Assembly (NCBI GenBank): GCA_016342445.1
Contig: JAEIOF010000001.1
Location: forward strand, 6,777 to 70,776
Direction: 5' to 3'
Length of the DNA: 64,000 bases
DNA from: Verrucomicrobiota bacterium
Lineage (GTDB): Bacteria; Verrucomicrobiota; Kiritimatiellia; Kiritimatiellales; Tichowtungiaceae
Shown here piece after piece: positions 9,449 to 18,720 of this stretch (the first letter of the stretch is position 1; the number at the start of each line of letters is the position of its first letter). Below the pieces are notes generated by a model, which was not told the origin of the DNA, searched no databases, and worked only from the letters and a program-made list of their open reading frames with translations. The position numbers and the translations under genes are program-made.

Positions 9449-10966
9449 ATGCTGGAAGAGTTAACGGCGATATCGTTAATAATTGTTCTGCCTATCATAC
9501 TGGGGATTCTTTTCACGGTGTTCCCTTTCTGGAACATCTGCAAGCGAGTCGGCCTGCATCCGGTACTATCGATCCTATCCCTCGTGCCGTTAGCCAATAT
9601 TGCCTTCCTATTTTATCTGGCATTCGCTCAATGGCCCTCCCTTGACAAAAGAAGTGCCCCTGACACCGCCCGGACCCAACCAAATCAAAAGAAATCCGGG
9701 AAAAAAATTCTGGTCTCAGTAGGGACAGTATTATTGGTACTGGCTCCGGTGATCGTCATCATTGGAACAACCTACACATTCACTCTTCCGAAGATTTATG
9801 CGGCTCAGGCACGGATTCAAATAAGCAATGACGACGTGATCCCAAATCCATTCGAAGATAAAACAACACAATCAGGATACGATCCGTACTTCCTGCGCAC
9901 TCAGCATGAAGTCATCAAATCCAGGCCAGTTTTGTATGAGGTCATCAACCGCCTGAACCTTCAGGAAGCTTGGGGGACAAGCGGGAAAAAGCTCCCCAAA
10001 GAATTTGCCTGCGAAATTTTACGCTCCAGCCTGCATATTAGCCAGTTTCGCGACACCAGCTTGGTTTCTATTCAGGCGCAACGGCAGAACCCAAAGGAAG
10101 CGATGCGTATTGCAAACACACTAGCCGATGTGTATCGCGATCAGCGTTTAGATCTGAAACGGAAAGAAATGACGCGTGCGTTAGATGCATTGCGCCACGA
10201 GCTTGAAAAACAACAAGCGAAGGTTGATGCCGCAGAGCAGAGGGTGGAAACCATCCGCACAGAACTCGACCTCCCCGCTTTTACAGCGAATGGAAGCCAG
10301 ATCGAAAAGCTCCGATTGCAGCAGCTGGAGGGAGACCGAATTGCAGCCCGCGTCGAAATGCTAACCCAGAAAGCGCGCTATGAGCAGATGTTAGCTATGA
10401 GCAATGAGGATTTGCTTACGTCCTCTGCTTATCTGGCGAGTGATCCGTTCGTGGAAACCATGAGAACCCAGATTCACGAGTATGATATTTCGCTGACCTC
10501 GCTACTCAAGAATTACGGCGAAAACCACCCGGAAGTTAAACAAACAAAGGCGGCGAAAGACGAACTGATGGCCAAACTGGCTCAAGCCGTGGAAGGAATT
10601 AAAAAGGGTGTAAACGCCCAGTACATTGTCGCCAAAGCCAAGTTTGATGCACTGGATCAGGAACTGCGCAAGGATCAGAATGTGGACAGGGATGCGCAAC
10701 GGGAAAAACTGCTGCCGTTTAACCGGGCGAAGCAGGAATTAGAAATTCAGCGGTCTATCATGAATGCCCTAGAAGCTCGACTGGCACAGGAAGGAATTAC
10801 GCTAAAAATCCCGCGGACTCCTGTGGAAATTATTGATGCGGCCAAAGAACCGACCCGCCCCATCAGCCCGAACCTGACTCTAAATGTTCTGCTCTCTGTT
10901 GGTATCGCTGGTATATTTTTTCTGACCGGCCTCCCCATGCTGATTATTGGACTGAAACGCGCATAA
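9449..10966 (+). CDS. Wzz/GumC-like polysaccharide chain-length determinant protein with an extra N-terminal two-helix membrane module
   Basis: 505-aa ORF. It has a Wzz-type segment (PKIYAAQARIQISNDD...YDPYFLRTQHEVIKSRPVLYEVINRLNL), a long coiled-coil periplasmic region and a C-terminal TM helix. The first ~65 aa form a separate small hydrophobic module. Confidence 0.7.
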   Translation: MLEELTAISLIIVLPIILGILFTVFPFWNICKRVGLHPVLSILSLVPLANIAFLFYLAFAQWPSLDKRSAPDTARTQPNQKKSGKKILVSVGTVLLVLAPVIVIIGTTYTFTLPKIYAAQARIQISNDDVIPNPFEDKTTQSGYDPYFLRTQHEVIKSRPVLYEVINRLNLQEAWGTSGKKLPKEFACEILRSSLHISQFRDTSLVSIQAQRQNPKEAMRIANTLADVYRDQRLDLKRKEMTRALDALRHELEKQQAKVDAAEQRVETIRTELDLPAFTANGSQIEKLRLQQLEGDRIAARVEMLTQKARYEQMLAMSNEDLLTSSAYLASDPFVETMRTQIHEYDISLTSLLKNYGENHPEVKQTKAAKDELMAKLAQAVEGIKKGVNAQYIVAKAKFDALDQELRKDQNVDRDAQREKLLPFNRAKQELEIQRSIMNALEARLAQEGITLKIPRTPVEIIDAAKEPTRPISPNLTLNVLLSVGIAGIFFLTGLPMLIIGLKRA

Positions 10967-10975
10967 ATTTTCAAT

Positions 10976-11036
10976 GTAGACGCAACCCCATTCTTGAGCA
11001 CGGAAGAACGCGACGAGGGCGTCGCGTCTACGTTTT
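10976..11036. terminator. bidirectional hairpin between the convergent Wzz-like and DUF1456 genes
   Basis: The outer stem is GTAGACGC (10976-10983) with GCGTCTAC (11024-11031). The inner perfect hairpin is ACGCGACG-AGGG-CGTCGCGT (11008-11027), followed by a TTTT run. Confidence 0.5.
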
Positions 11037-11043
11037 GGAAAAA

Positions 11044-11493
11044 TCAGACGCTGAGGCCTTTGATGAATTTGCGCAGGACCTGCTCGGGGCATTTGGCGAA
11101 TTTGGGATGATCAAATCGGCGGAAGAAGGAGCCCAGCTCAGCGCTGGAGACATCGAACTCGGCTTTCTTGAACACCGCCAGCATTCCGTCGGACTGCAGG
11201 TTCAGCGCAATCCGCAGTTTTTTCAAAATCTCATTGTTCGACAAATACTCGAGCGGAGCCGGCACAACCCCATCGGGGCGCGGCCCGCGCTTTTCCACGA
11301 TCAGTCCATCGAGAAAACTGCAAAGATCCTTATCGGACAGCGCGACGAACCCCGGTTCATCTTCGAGCTTCAGCCAGTTGATCACTTCCTCTTCGGTGGT
11401 TTCCCGTCCGGATTTGGAGGTGATCTGCGCAATGGCCAGATCGTTCTTATTCAGCGCGTAGCGCAATCGGCGCAGGGTGTCGTTATTGGTCAT
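11044..11493 (-). CDS. DUF1456 (YehS-like) family protein
   Basis: Best start is the ATG at 11493 (MTNNDTLRRLRYALNKNDLAIAQI...). The protein has a duplicated ~70-aa module (..ILKKLRIALNLQSDGMLAVF..) typical of YehS/DUF1456. The upstream 42 codons of the tracked ORF run through repeat-rich intergenic DNA. Confidence 0.75.
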   Translation of the reverse strand: MTNNDTLRRLRYALNKNDLAIAQITSKSGRETTEEEVINWLKLEDEPGFVALSDKDLCSFLDGLIVEKRGPRPDGVVPAPLEYLSNNEILKKLRIALNLQSDGMLAVFKKAEFDVSSAELGSFFRRFDHPKFAKCPEQVLRKFIKGLSV

Positions 11494-11575
11494 AGAAAAT
11501 TCCTTCGTTGAGGGATGCACTCTACGGAACCCCGCGAATTTGAAAAGAAGAATGCCTCTCGCAAAGGAGCGAAAT

Positions 11576-11684
11576 TTCCAATGGTTGGAAAAAATTTCAC
11601 CACGAAATACACAAAACACACGAAAGTTTCCAATGCTTGGAAAAAAGTCGAAATATCCAACGTAGTTGGTTCCAACGATTGGAA
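11576..11684. repeat. iterated palindrome, 3 intergenic copies plus one degenerate copy (DUF1456-nuclease divergent region)
   Basis: TTCCAATGGTTGGAA at 11576, TTCCAATGCTTGGAA at 11628 and TTCCAACGATTGGAA at 11670. A degenerate TCCAACGTAGTTGG lies at 11656. Confidence 0.95.
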
Positions 11685-11759
11685 GCAGGCTGAGCCTGCA
11701 CCCTTCTTTTTATCCAAACACTAGCAAATGAGGCGGGTTGCGGTTAAGCTCCCCGGACT

Positions 11760-12698
11760 ATGGCTAAATTAAAAAACACCTTTTCGTGGTCGTTCAGCGC
11801 GGCGGCCGATTTTGATGAATGCCGGCGGCGGCGGTACTGGAGCAAGTACGGCATGTGGGGCGGCTGGGAGCGCGACGCGGACGACGTGACGAAACAGGCC
11901 TATCGCCTGAATAAGATGACGAACCGCTGGGGCCTGATGGGCGTGGCGACCGAGGAGACGATCATGCGGGTGCTGCGTCAGCATCAGGCGGGCAATCCGA
12001 TGACCGCCGACGAAGCCTACGAAACGGTCGCCCGGCCCCTTTTGCGGAAATGCTGGGGCGAGTCGAAGCGCGGCGAGTGGAAAACCGACCCGAAAAACAA
12101 GTGCTGTCTGCACGGCCACTATTACGGGACGATGGAGGACGAACAGGCGGCGGGCGCGGCGATTACGGAGCAGATTAAAAACTGCACGCAGAATTTTATC
12201 GAACGGGTTCTTCCGAGGATTGGAAACAACAGCCGCGAAATGGAAATCCAGATTCAGACGCCGGACCTGGGCGGCGATCCCGAGAACATCACCTGGAACA
12301 AGGTGAAGATGTATGTGATTCCGGACTACGCCTACCGCATCGGCAACCAGATGCATATTCACGACTGGAAGGCGGGGAAGATCAAGGAGTCGCACCGCGA
12401 CCAGCTGGCGGGCTACGCGCTCTGGGCCGAGGTGAAATATAAGGTTCCGATCGAAGATATTTTTCTCTACGTGGAATATCTCAATGAGGGCCAGGTGCTC
12501 CCCTTCCAGCTGACGACCGAAGAGTTCGATGTGCAAAAAGCGCGCATTGAAGCCTCGGTGGCGGAGATGAGCGAATATCTAGTGGACTTTGACCGCGAGA
12601 AAAACGAGCCGCTCCCGAAGAATGAATGGGAACTGGCCGGCGATCCGGACTCCTGTAAAATGTGCAAGTTCTACGAGTTGTGCAGGGAAGAATTGTAG
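11760..12698 (+). CDS. PD-(D/E)XK nuclease family protein with a Cas4/AddB-type Fe-S cysteine cluster
   Basis: 312-aa ORF. Putative catalytic residues are D..(IHDWK). The cysteine pattern is C(21)...CKMCKFYELC (C-x2-C-x5-C at the C-terminus), as in Cas4/AddB-type nucleases. Confidence 0.65.
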   Translation: MAKLKNTFSWSFSAAADFDECRRRRYWSKYGMWGGWERDADDVTKQAYRLNKMTNRWGLMGVATEETIMRVLRQHQAGNPMTADEAYETVARPLLRKCWGESKRGEWKTDPKNKCCLHGHYYGTMEDEQAAGAAITEQIKNCTQNFIERVLPRIGNNSREMEIQIQTPDLGGDPENITWNKVKMYVIPDYAYRIGNQMHIHDWKAGKIKESHRDQLAGYALWAEVKYKVPIEDIFLYVEYLNEGQVLPFQLTTEEFDVQKARIEASVAEMSEYLVDFDREKNEPLPKNEWELAGDPDSCKMCKFYELCREEL

Positions 12699-12752
12699 GA
12701 AGTGAGAAGTGGAAGGCAGGATGTTCTTCACATTCTACATCCCACAATCCCC

Positions 12753-13904
12753 CTACGCCTTGCGCCGTTTGTCTTTGAAGAGCGCGGTCTTTTTCTTCGC
12801 CTTGGGGCTGCGGGCCGTGTGCGCGACGTTGACAAGCACTCCAATCATGACGGAGCAGACGAGCAGGCTCGATCCGCCGTAGCTGATGAAGGGAAGCGCG
12901 AGCCCTTTGGTCGGCATGGAGCCGGTGACGACCGCCAGATTGATGATCGCCTGCAGCGTAATCATCAATGTGACCCCGAGGGCGGTGAAGCGCCCGAAGT
13001 CGTCGTTCGCGCGCGAAGCGATCCGCATTCCGCAGATAAAAATGACGACAAAAAGCAGCAGCACCGAGAAGGTGGCGATCAGGCCGAGCTCTTCGCCGAT
13101 GATGGGGAAGATAAAGTCGGTATGGGCTTCGGGCAGGTAGAACTGTTTCTGAATGCTGTTGCCGAGGCCGGTTCCGTAGGCCCCGCCAGAAGCAAAGGCA
13201 TTCAAAGCGTTAATGAGCTGCCACGCTTCTTCCTGCGCATATTTTTCCGGATCGAGAAAAGCCATGATACGACCCATGCGATTGGCATTGTGCATCAAAA
13301 ACAGACCGAACACCCCGGCCCCGGCCCCGGCGAAGCTGAGCAGATGACTGAGGCGAACTCCGCCAATAAACAAAAGGATGAGACCCACCAGGCCGGTGAG
13401 CATCGTGGTTCCGAAGTCCGGCTCGATGATTAAAAGCCCGGCAAACATCCCCAGCCCGAGCATAGGAACGAGAATGCCGCGCTTAAACGTGTGCATGTAG
13501 CGGCGGCGGCGGGAGATCCACCAGGCCGCGGCCAGAATGATGCCAATTTTTGAAAACTCGGAGGGCTGAATGGTGAGCGGACCGAGGCGAAGCCAGCGCC
13601 AACTTCCGTTGATCTCATGCCCGATCCCGGGAATTCGAACCAGTACCAGAAAAAGCGCGCAGAGCGCCGCGACGGGCAGCGCGGCCTTGCGAAGCAGAGC
13701 GAGATCAATCCGGGCGCAGACGATGGCCGCCATCAGTGAAATAAGGAGCCAGATCAGCTGACGAACCAGAAAGTATTCGGTCGTTCCGTACGAACTTTCC
13801 CCGCGCACCAGACTGGCGCTGAACATCATGATCACACCAACCGTTGCCAGGATGAGAACGGCGGCAATCAGGGTGACGATGGTTCGGCGTTGCATGAAGA
13901 GCAC
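12753..13904 (-). CDS. ftsW: SEDS-family peptidoglycan glycosyltransferase FtsW (FtsW/RodA/SpoVE)
   Basis: 383-aa polytopic membrane ORF with the SEDS signature region ..PEAHTDFIFPIIGEELG.. It is the last gene of the dcw block. Confidence 0.9.
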   Translation of the reverse strand: MLFMQRRTIVTLIAAVLILATVGVIMMFSASLVRGESSYGTTEYFLVRQLIWLLISLMAAIVCARIDLALLRKAALPVAALCALFLVLVRIPGIGHEINGSWRWLRLGPLTIQPSEFSKIGIILAAAWWISRRRRYMHTFKRGILVPMLGLGMFAGLLIIEPDFGTTMLTGLVGLILLFIGGVRLSHLLSFAGAGAGVFGLFLMHNANRMGRIMAFLDPEKYAQEEAWQLINALNAFASGGAYGTGLGNSIQKQFYLPEAHTDFIFPIIGEELGLIATFSVLLLFVVIFICGMRIASRANDDFGRFTALGVTLMITLQAIINLAVVTGSMPTKGLALPFISYGGSSLLVCSVMIGVLVNVAHTARSPKAKKKTALFKDKRRKA

Positions 13905-14003
13905 TCTAATTCAGTCGAGGGTCGGAAGTCAAAATGTCGAAGGTCCAAATCAAAAAAAAGCGCCCCGTTGGAGAGGCGCTTCCTGTAATTCAGCATACAG
14001 ATC

Positions 14004-14918
14004 TTATTCCGGAATCGGAACAAGCAGTTTGGTGCCGGGCTTAACGGACGCAGGATCGGCGATGCCGTTCAAGGTCATGATCTCTTCTTTCGAGCTGCCG
14101 TACTGGCGGGCGACGTCTTCAAGCGTTTCGCCGGGATAAAGCACATGCTCGTAGACGGGCGCGGAGGTTGCGGTATCCACCGGTGCCGCTTCGGCAATCG
14201 GGGCCAATTCAGCCATCGGAGCCAAAACCGGCGCTTCAACCTTAATCGTTACGGGTTTGGAGGCCACATCCGAAAGAACCGTCACACTGACCTCTCCTTT
14301 TTTCGGAATGCTGAGGCTCTTGCCTGCGATAATCTGGCTGCCGGTGAGCGCGTTGGCCGCGCGGATCTCATCCACCGTCAGCCCGGCGCGCTTGGCGATG
14401 CCGGAAAGGGTGTCGCCCTTCTGAATAACGTAGGAGGCGCCCTGCTTAATCGGTGATGCGGCGGCCTTGACCGAAGCGGTCGGAGAGCTCGAGCGAATGA
14501 TCGGTGCCGGAGCGGAATCCAGCGATCCCGGGATGTTTATTTTCTGACCGACCAGCAATTTGTTGGGGTTGGAAAGGCTGTTGTACTCAGCGAGCTTCTT
14601 CCAAGTTGTTCCGTACATGGAGGCAATCGTCGAAAGCGTGTCGCCTTTCTTTACAACATAAACCTGCCCGGGCAATTCCACAGCGGCTTCGTAAGGAGCG
14701 GATGTATAGATGTCGGGCGGAAGAAGAATGGCATCGGTCGTGTCAACCATGTAGTCATCGGCCGGAAGAATGAGCGGTTCATCGACCGGTTGACCATAGG
14801 GCCAGTTCAGCCAGTCAACGGGGCAAGCCCCTGTGGCACATCCCTGCGTCAGTAAAAAACCGGCGAGTACAACCAGTTGCAAAGCTAAAATCTGAAAACG
14901 AATCTTTTTTGATTTCAT
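14004..14918 (-). CDS. secreted protein with three LysM peptidoglycan-binding domains
   Basis: The start at ATG 14918 (MKSKKIRFQILALQLVVLAGFLLTQGC.., signal peptide) avoids overlap with murD. Three LysM repeats are present: YVVKKGDTLSTIA..., YVIQKGDTLSGIA..., HVLYPGETLEDVA... Confidence 0.85.
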   Translation of the reverse strand: MKSKKIRFQILALQLVVLAGFLLTQGCATGACPVDWLNWPYGQPVDEPLILPADDYMVDTTDAILLPPDIYTSAPYEAAVELPGQVYVVKKGDTLSTIASMYGTTWKKLAEYNSLSNPNKLLVGQKINIPGSLDSAPAPIIRSSSPTASVKAAASPIKQGASYVIQKGDTLSGIAKRAGLTVDEIRAANALTGSQIIAGKSLSIPKKGEVSVTVLSDVASKPVTIKVEAPVLAPMAELAPIAEAAPVDTATSAPVYEHVLYPGETLEDVARQYGSSKEEIMTLNGIADPASVKPGTKLLVPIPE

Positions 14919-14952
14919 GACAACACCTCTCTCTATTCCTTCTATTCGATTT

Positions 14953-16293
14953 CTACGCGTCCACACACTCGCTCTTCAGGCGGCACACTTCTCGGGCGAA
15001 CAACTCGCCGCGCTCATTAAAACTGCGAAACTGATCAAAGCTGGTGCACGCGGGAGAAAGCAGCACAGTATCACCCGGTTCTGCACTCTCCCACACGGCG
15101 CAGACAGCCTGTTCCAGCGTTTCGCAGGGCAGACACTCAACTGAATCCGCCCAAGCCGCCTGCATCGCCTCGGAAGCTTCCCCGATAAGATATAGACGGG
15201 AAACCTGCTTCACCAGTAAATCTTTTGCAAAACTAAGATCCGTCTCCTTGGCCCGCCCTCCCGCGATCAAATGAACAGGTCCCGACACCATCCGGAGCGC
15301 CGCGCACATCCCCGCCAGATTGGTGGCCTTGGAGTCGTCGATAAATCTGACGCCGTTGATTTCCGCTACGGTCTCCATCCGGTGCGGCAATGGCTGAAAG
15401 GCGCGGGCCGAGGCCTCCACTGCGGACGGCGACAGGCCGCACGCCTCGCAAACCGCCGCAACGGCCGCGCCCGCCGCACCGAGCACCTTGTTGTCAAAAC
15501 AGGTTTCCGTCAGATCGATCTCGCCCACGTGTCCGCCGGCAAAACGGTAATCCGCGCCCTCTTCCGTCCCGAACGTTTTCGTAACGGCGCTGCGTCCTGC
15601 GTCAGGGCCCCAAGATTCAGGAACGTTTCGGCCCATTGTTCCAAGGCCTGGAACTTTTTCACCGGATTTTTCCAACCCCTGGAAAAAGTCAAAGGGCAGG
15701 ATCGCGGTATCCGAGCGCTGCATGTTTTCGAACAGCCGCAACTTAAACGCGCGGTAGGTTTCCATATCGCCGTGACGATCGAGATGGTTGGGAAGCACAT
15801 TGAGAAGCACGCCGATGTCAGGACGGAACTGCTCGATGGTTTCAAGCTGGAACGAGCTGACTTCGATCACAAGCCAGTCTGGGATTTCGGCGAGCATGAC
15901 CGCCGCGGAAACCGGCAAACCGTAGTTGCCGCAGGGAATCGCCCGCTGTCCGGCCTGCGCCAGCGCATCCACAATCCATTTAACGACCGTGCTCTTGCCG
16001 TTGGATCCGGTGACGGCGATGACCGGGCAATGGCGGCGCGACCAACCGAATTCGAGTTCTGAAAGAAGCGGGATTTCGCGGGCAATCAAATCCTGAATCC
16101 ACGGATGATCCAGAGAAAAGCCCGGACTGACGACAGCGATCTCGGGGGTGAAGTGGAGGTCTTCGTAGCGATAGTCGGGGGTGGTCTCTTCGCAAATGCA
16201 CACAGCCGGCGTGCCGTCCGTGCGCAACAGCGCTTCAGCGGCCCGCCCGCTGCGCCCGGCACCCAAAACTAAAGCTTTTTTGTATTGATGCAT
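14953..16293 (-). CDS. murD: UDP-N-acetylmuramoylalanine--D-glutamate ligase
   Basis: 446-aa ORF with the Mur ligase P-loop VIAVTGSNGKSTV, in dcw context. It contains a probable insertion (FFQGLEKSGEKVPGLGTMGRNVPESWG..) encoded by two palindrome copies. Confidence 0.93.
   Translation of the reverse strand: MHQYKKALVLGAGRSGRAAEALLRTDGTPAVCICEETTPDYRYEDLHFTPEIAVVSPGFSLDHPWIQDLIAREIPLLSELEFGWSRRHCPVIAVTGSNGKSTVVKWIVDALAQAGQRAIPCGNYGLPVSAAVMLAEIPDWLVIEVSSFQLETIEQFRPDIGVLLNVLPNHLDRHGDMETYRAFKLRLFENMQRSDTAILPFDFFQGLEKSGEKVPGLGTMGRNVPESWGPDAGRSAVTKTFGTEEGADYRFAGGHVGEIDLTETCFDNKVLGAAGAAVAAVCEACGLSPSAVEASARAFQPLPHRMETVAEINGVRFIDDSKATNLAGMCAALRMVSGPVHLIAGGRAKETDLSFAKDLLVKQVSRLYLIGEASEAMQAAWADSVECLPCETLEQAVCAVWESAEPGDTVLLSPACTSFDQFRSFNERGELFAREVCRLKSECVDA
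15639..15684. repeat. composite unit of two palindrome variants with a 16-nt spacer, inside murD
   Basis: TTCCAAGGCCTGGAA at 15639 and TTCCAACCCCTGGAA at 15670. The whole 46-nt unit resembles 3258-3303 in reverse complement. Confidence 0.9.
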
Positions 16294-16296
16294 GGT

Positions 16297-17427
16297 TTAC
16301 CGAATCTTCAGAGTGGCGACGCCGATGAGCGCGAAGATGATGCCGAGAATCCAGAAACGGATGGTGATGCGATTTTCGTAGGCACTCACCGACTTGCCCT
16401 GCTCCCGAGCCAGATATTCGAAATGGTGATGAAGCGGCGCGCAACGGAAGATGCGGCGGCCCGCACCGTACTTTTTGCGGGTATATTTGAACCAGATCTG
16501 CTGAAGAAGCACACTGACGGCTTCCATCACAAACACACCGCCGACGATGATGAGCACCAGCTCCTGTTTAATCAAAATGGCGACCGCGGCGATGCCGCCG
16601 CCGATGGCGAGGCTGCCGGTATCGCCCATAAACACCTTGGCCGGGTGGCAGTTAAACCAAAGGAACCCCAGCCCCGCACCGAGCAGCGCGCCGCAGAAAA
16701 CACTTAACTCCCCCGCCCCGCTCACAAACGGAATTTGCAGATATTGAGCGAAGGTGAAGTGCCCCGCCACGTAAGCTAAAGCCAAATAGGCGGCTACTGC
16801 CGAATTGCTGCAGCCGATCGCCAGTCCGTCTAGGCCATCCGTCAAATTAACCGCGTTGGACGCGCCGACCAGAACTAGTGCCAGAAAAATAAAGGTGCCG
16901 ACAATTCCCATCGACGCGATCACCGGATCTTTAAAAAACGGAACCATCAGCTGCTGGGTGCGTTGAAACGTTTCCACGTTTGAGAAGAGCGCAAAAAGAA
17001 GAATGACCGTCCAGACTCCCTGTCCCAGCAACTTGACGCGCGGCGAAAGGCCTTTGGCCCGTTTGATTTTGAGGTAGTCATCGATGAAACCGAGAATCCC
17101 CATGAACACAAAGGTGGTGAGCGCGCAGAGAACATAAAAATTACCGGGAACGGCCCAGACCACCGTTGCCGCCGCGGTCGTGAAAAGGATCATCAACCCG
17201 CCCATGGTCGGCGTGCCGACTTTGGATGAGCGGTCGAGCGCCGCGACACGCGTGTCCTCACACTGCTCTCCAAAATTGACCGCGCGCAGTTTTTCAATCA
17301 GCCACGGGCCGAGAACCAGACTGAAAATGAAGGCGGTTCCGGCGGCCATCACGGTGCGAAAGGTGATGTAGCGGAACATGCGCAAGGGGGAAAAAACATC
17401 ACTGAATTCGTTTAGCCAGTACAACAT
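16297..17427 (-). CDS. mraY: phospho-N-acetylmuramoyl-pentapeptide transferase
   Basis: 376-aa polytopic ORF with MraY signatures (NAVNLTDGLDGLA, MGDTGSLAIGG), in dcw context. Confidence 0.96.
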   Translation of the reverse strand: MLYWLNEFSDVFSPLRMFRYITFRTVMAAGTAFIFSLVLGPWLIEKLRAVNFGEQCEDTRVAALDRSSKVGTPTMGGLMILFTTAAATVVWAVPGNFYVLCALTTFVFMGILGFIDDYLKIKRAKGLSPRVKLLGQGVWTVILLFALFSNVETFQRTQQLMVPFFKDPVIASMGIVGTFIFLALVLVGASNAVNLTDGLDGLAIGCSNSAVAAYLALAYVAGHFTFAQYLQIPFVSGAGELSVFCGALLGAGLGFLWFNCHPAKVFMGDTGSLAIGGGIAAVAILIKQELVLIIVGGVFVMEAVSVLLQQIWFKYTRKKYGAGRRIFRCAPLHHHFEYLAREQGKSVSAYENRITIRFWILGIIFALIGVATLKIR

Positions 17428-17439
17428 AGGTCAGTCCAC

Positions 17440-18720
17440 TTATGATTTGAGTTCTTCAAGAATTGTTTCGAGCTTTTCGCCGCGCGAGGCCTTAAGGAGC
17501 ACCCTATCACCTGCTCTTAAAATTTCACGCAAAAGTTTAACGGCGGTCGATTTTTCGACTCCGACAACCCCTTCACACCCGATTTGCGTACCTGATTCGC
17601 CAATCGTAATGACGCCGTCGAACTTCAGGGAATCGACGAACCGCCCCAGCTCGCGGTGCTCGACGTCGCTGTCCGCGCCCAGCTCGCGCATCCCGCCGAG
17701 CACAACAAATTTCCGCCCCGTGCAGGGAAGCTCCGCGAATGCGGAAAGAGCCGCGCGCATGGAGAGCGGGTTGGCGTTGTAGGCATCGTTAATGAAAACC
17801 ACCCCGCCCTGTTCGCTTTCTTCCCAGCGCATGGGGGCTGGACGAAAGGCGTCGAGCCCCGCCTGAATCTCTTCAGGGGCAAGACCCAGCTCCAGCCCGA
17901 GCGTCGCGGCAAAGCGCGCATTTTGAACCATGTGCGCACCGGGTTGCGAAATACGAAAGGGCTCCCGGGTTAACACGACAACACGCCCCTGAAAACCGGC
18001 TTGAAGCCGATCGAACCACTCCGAATCGGCATCGAGGATCGCTTTCGAAGCGTGGTTGAGAATCGCCGCTTTCTCGCCTGCAATCCTTTCCAATGTCTGG
18101 AAATTTTTATCACGCCCCGGCTCAGTCGGCTGGAAAAACTCGGTATGGGCTTTCCCAATGGTTGTAATCACGGCCCAGTCCGGTTTCAGCAGACCCGCCA
18201 ACCGACCGATTTCGCCGGGATGATTCATTCCGAGTTCAAAAACGAAGTAGTCGGCGGAGCGGTCGGCGGCCATCATACTGAGCGGCAAGCCGATATCGTT
18301 GTTCCAGTTGCCGATGGTTTTGGCAACGCCCCCCTTCTGCGCCAGCACCGAGGCGACCAGCTCTTTGACGGTGGTCTTTCCGGCGCTGCCGGTGATTCCG
18401 ATCACGGTGCCCGTCCACTCGCGACGTACGCCCTCGGCCATCTGCCATAAAGCCTCAAGCGTGTCGGGGACAATCAGCTGCGGAGTTCCAAACATTGGAA
18501 AAAATTCCTCAACGATAAGACCGGCCGCGCCCTTTGCAACCGCTTGCGCGACAAAGTCGTGCCCGTCGTGGATTTCACCTTTAATGGCAATATACACATC
18601 GCCCGGTTTCAACGTCCGGGTGTCGTGAGAAATTCCAAGGATTGGAACCAACTGCGTTGGATTTTCTGAATTCTTCCAAGCATTGGAAGTCCAACTTGCG
18701 AGTTCAGCGAAGGAAACCAT
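17440..18720 (-). CDS. murF: UDP-N-acetylmuramoyl-tripeptide--D-alanyl-D-alanine ligase
   Basis: 426-aa ORF with the P-loop GITGSAGKTTVKE, in dcw context. It carries four in-frame palindrome copies. Confidence 0.93.
   Translation of the reverse strand: MVSFAELASWTSNAWKNSENPTQLVPILGISHDTRTLKPGDVYIAIKGEIHDGHDFVAQAVAKGAAGLIVEEFFPMFGTPQLIVPDTLEALWQMAEGVRREWTGTVIGITGSAGKTTVKELVASVLAQKGGVAKTIGNWNNDIGLPLSMMAADRSADYFVFELGMNHPGEIGRLAGLLKPDWAVITTIGKAHTEFFQPTEPGRDKNFQTLERIAGEKAAILNHASKAILDADSEWFDRLQAGFQGRVVVLTREPFRISQPGAHMVQNARFAATLGLELGLAPEEIQAGLDAFRPAPMRWEESEQGGVVFINDAYNANPLSMRAALSAFAELPCTGRKFVVLGGMRELGADSDVEHRELGRFVDSLKFDGVITIGESGTQIGCEGVVGVEKSTAVKLLREILRAGDRVLLKASRGEKLETILEELKS
18088..18102. repeat. 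iterated palindrome variant, 1 copy in murF (FQTLE)
   Basis: TTCCAATGTCTGGAA. Confidence 0.9.
18486..18500. repeat. iterated palindrome, 1 copy in murF (FPMFG)
   Basis: TTCCAAACATTGGAA. Confidence 0.95.
18633..18688. repeat. iterated palindrome, 2 copies in the murF 5' end (SNAWK..VPILG)
   Basis: TTCCAAGGATTGGAA at 18633 and TTCCAAGCATTGGAA at 18674. Confidence 0.95.
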
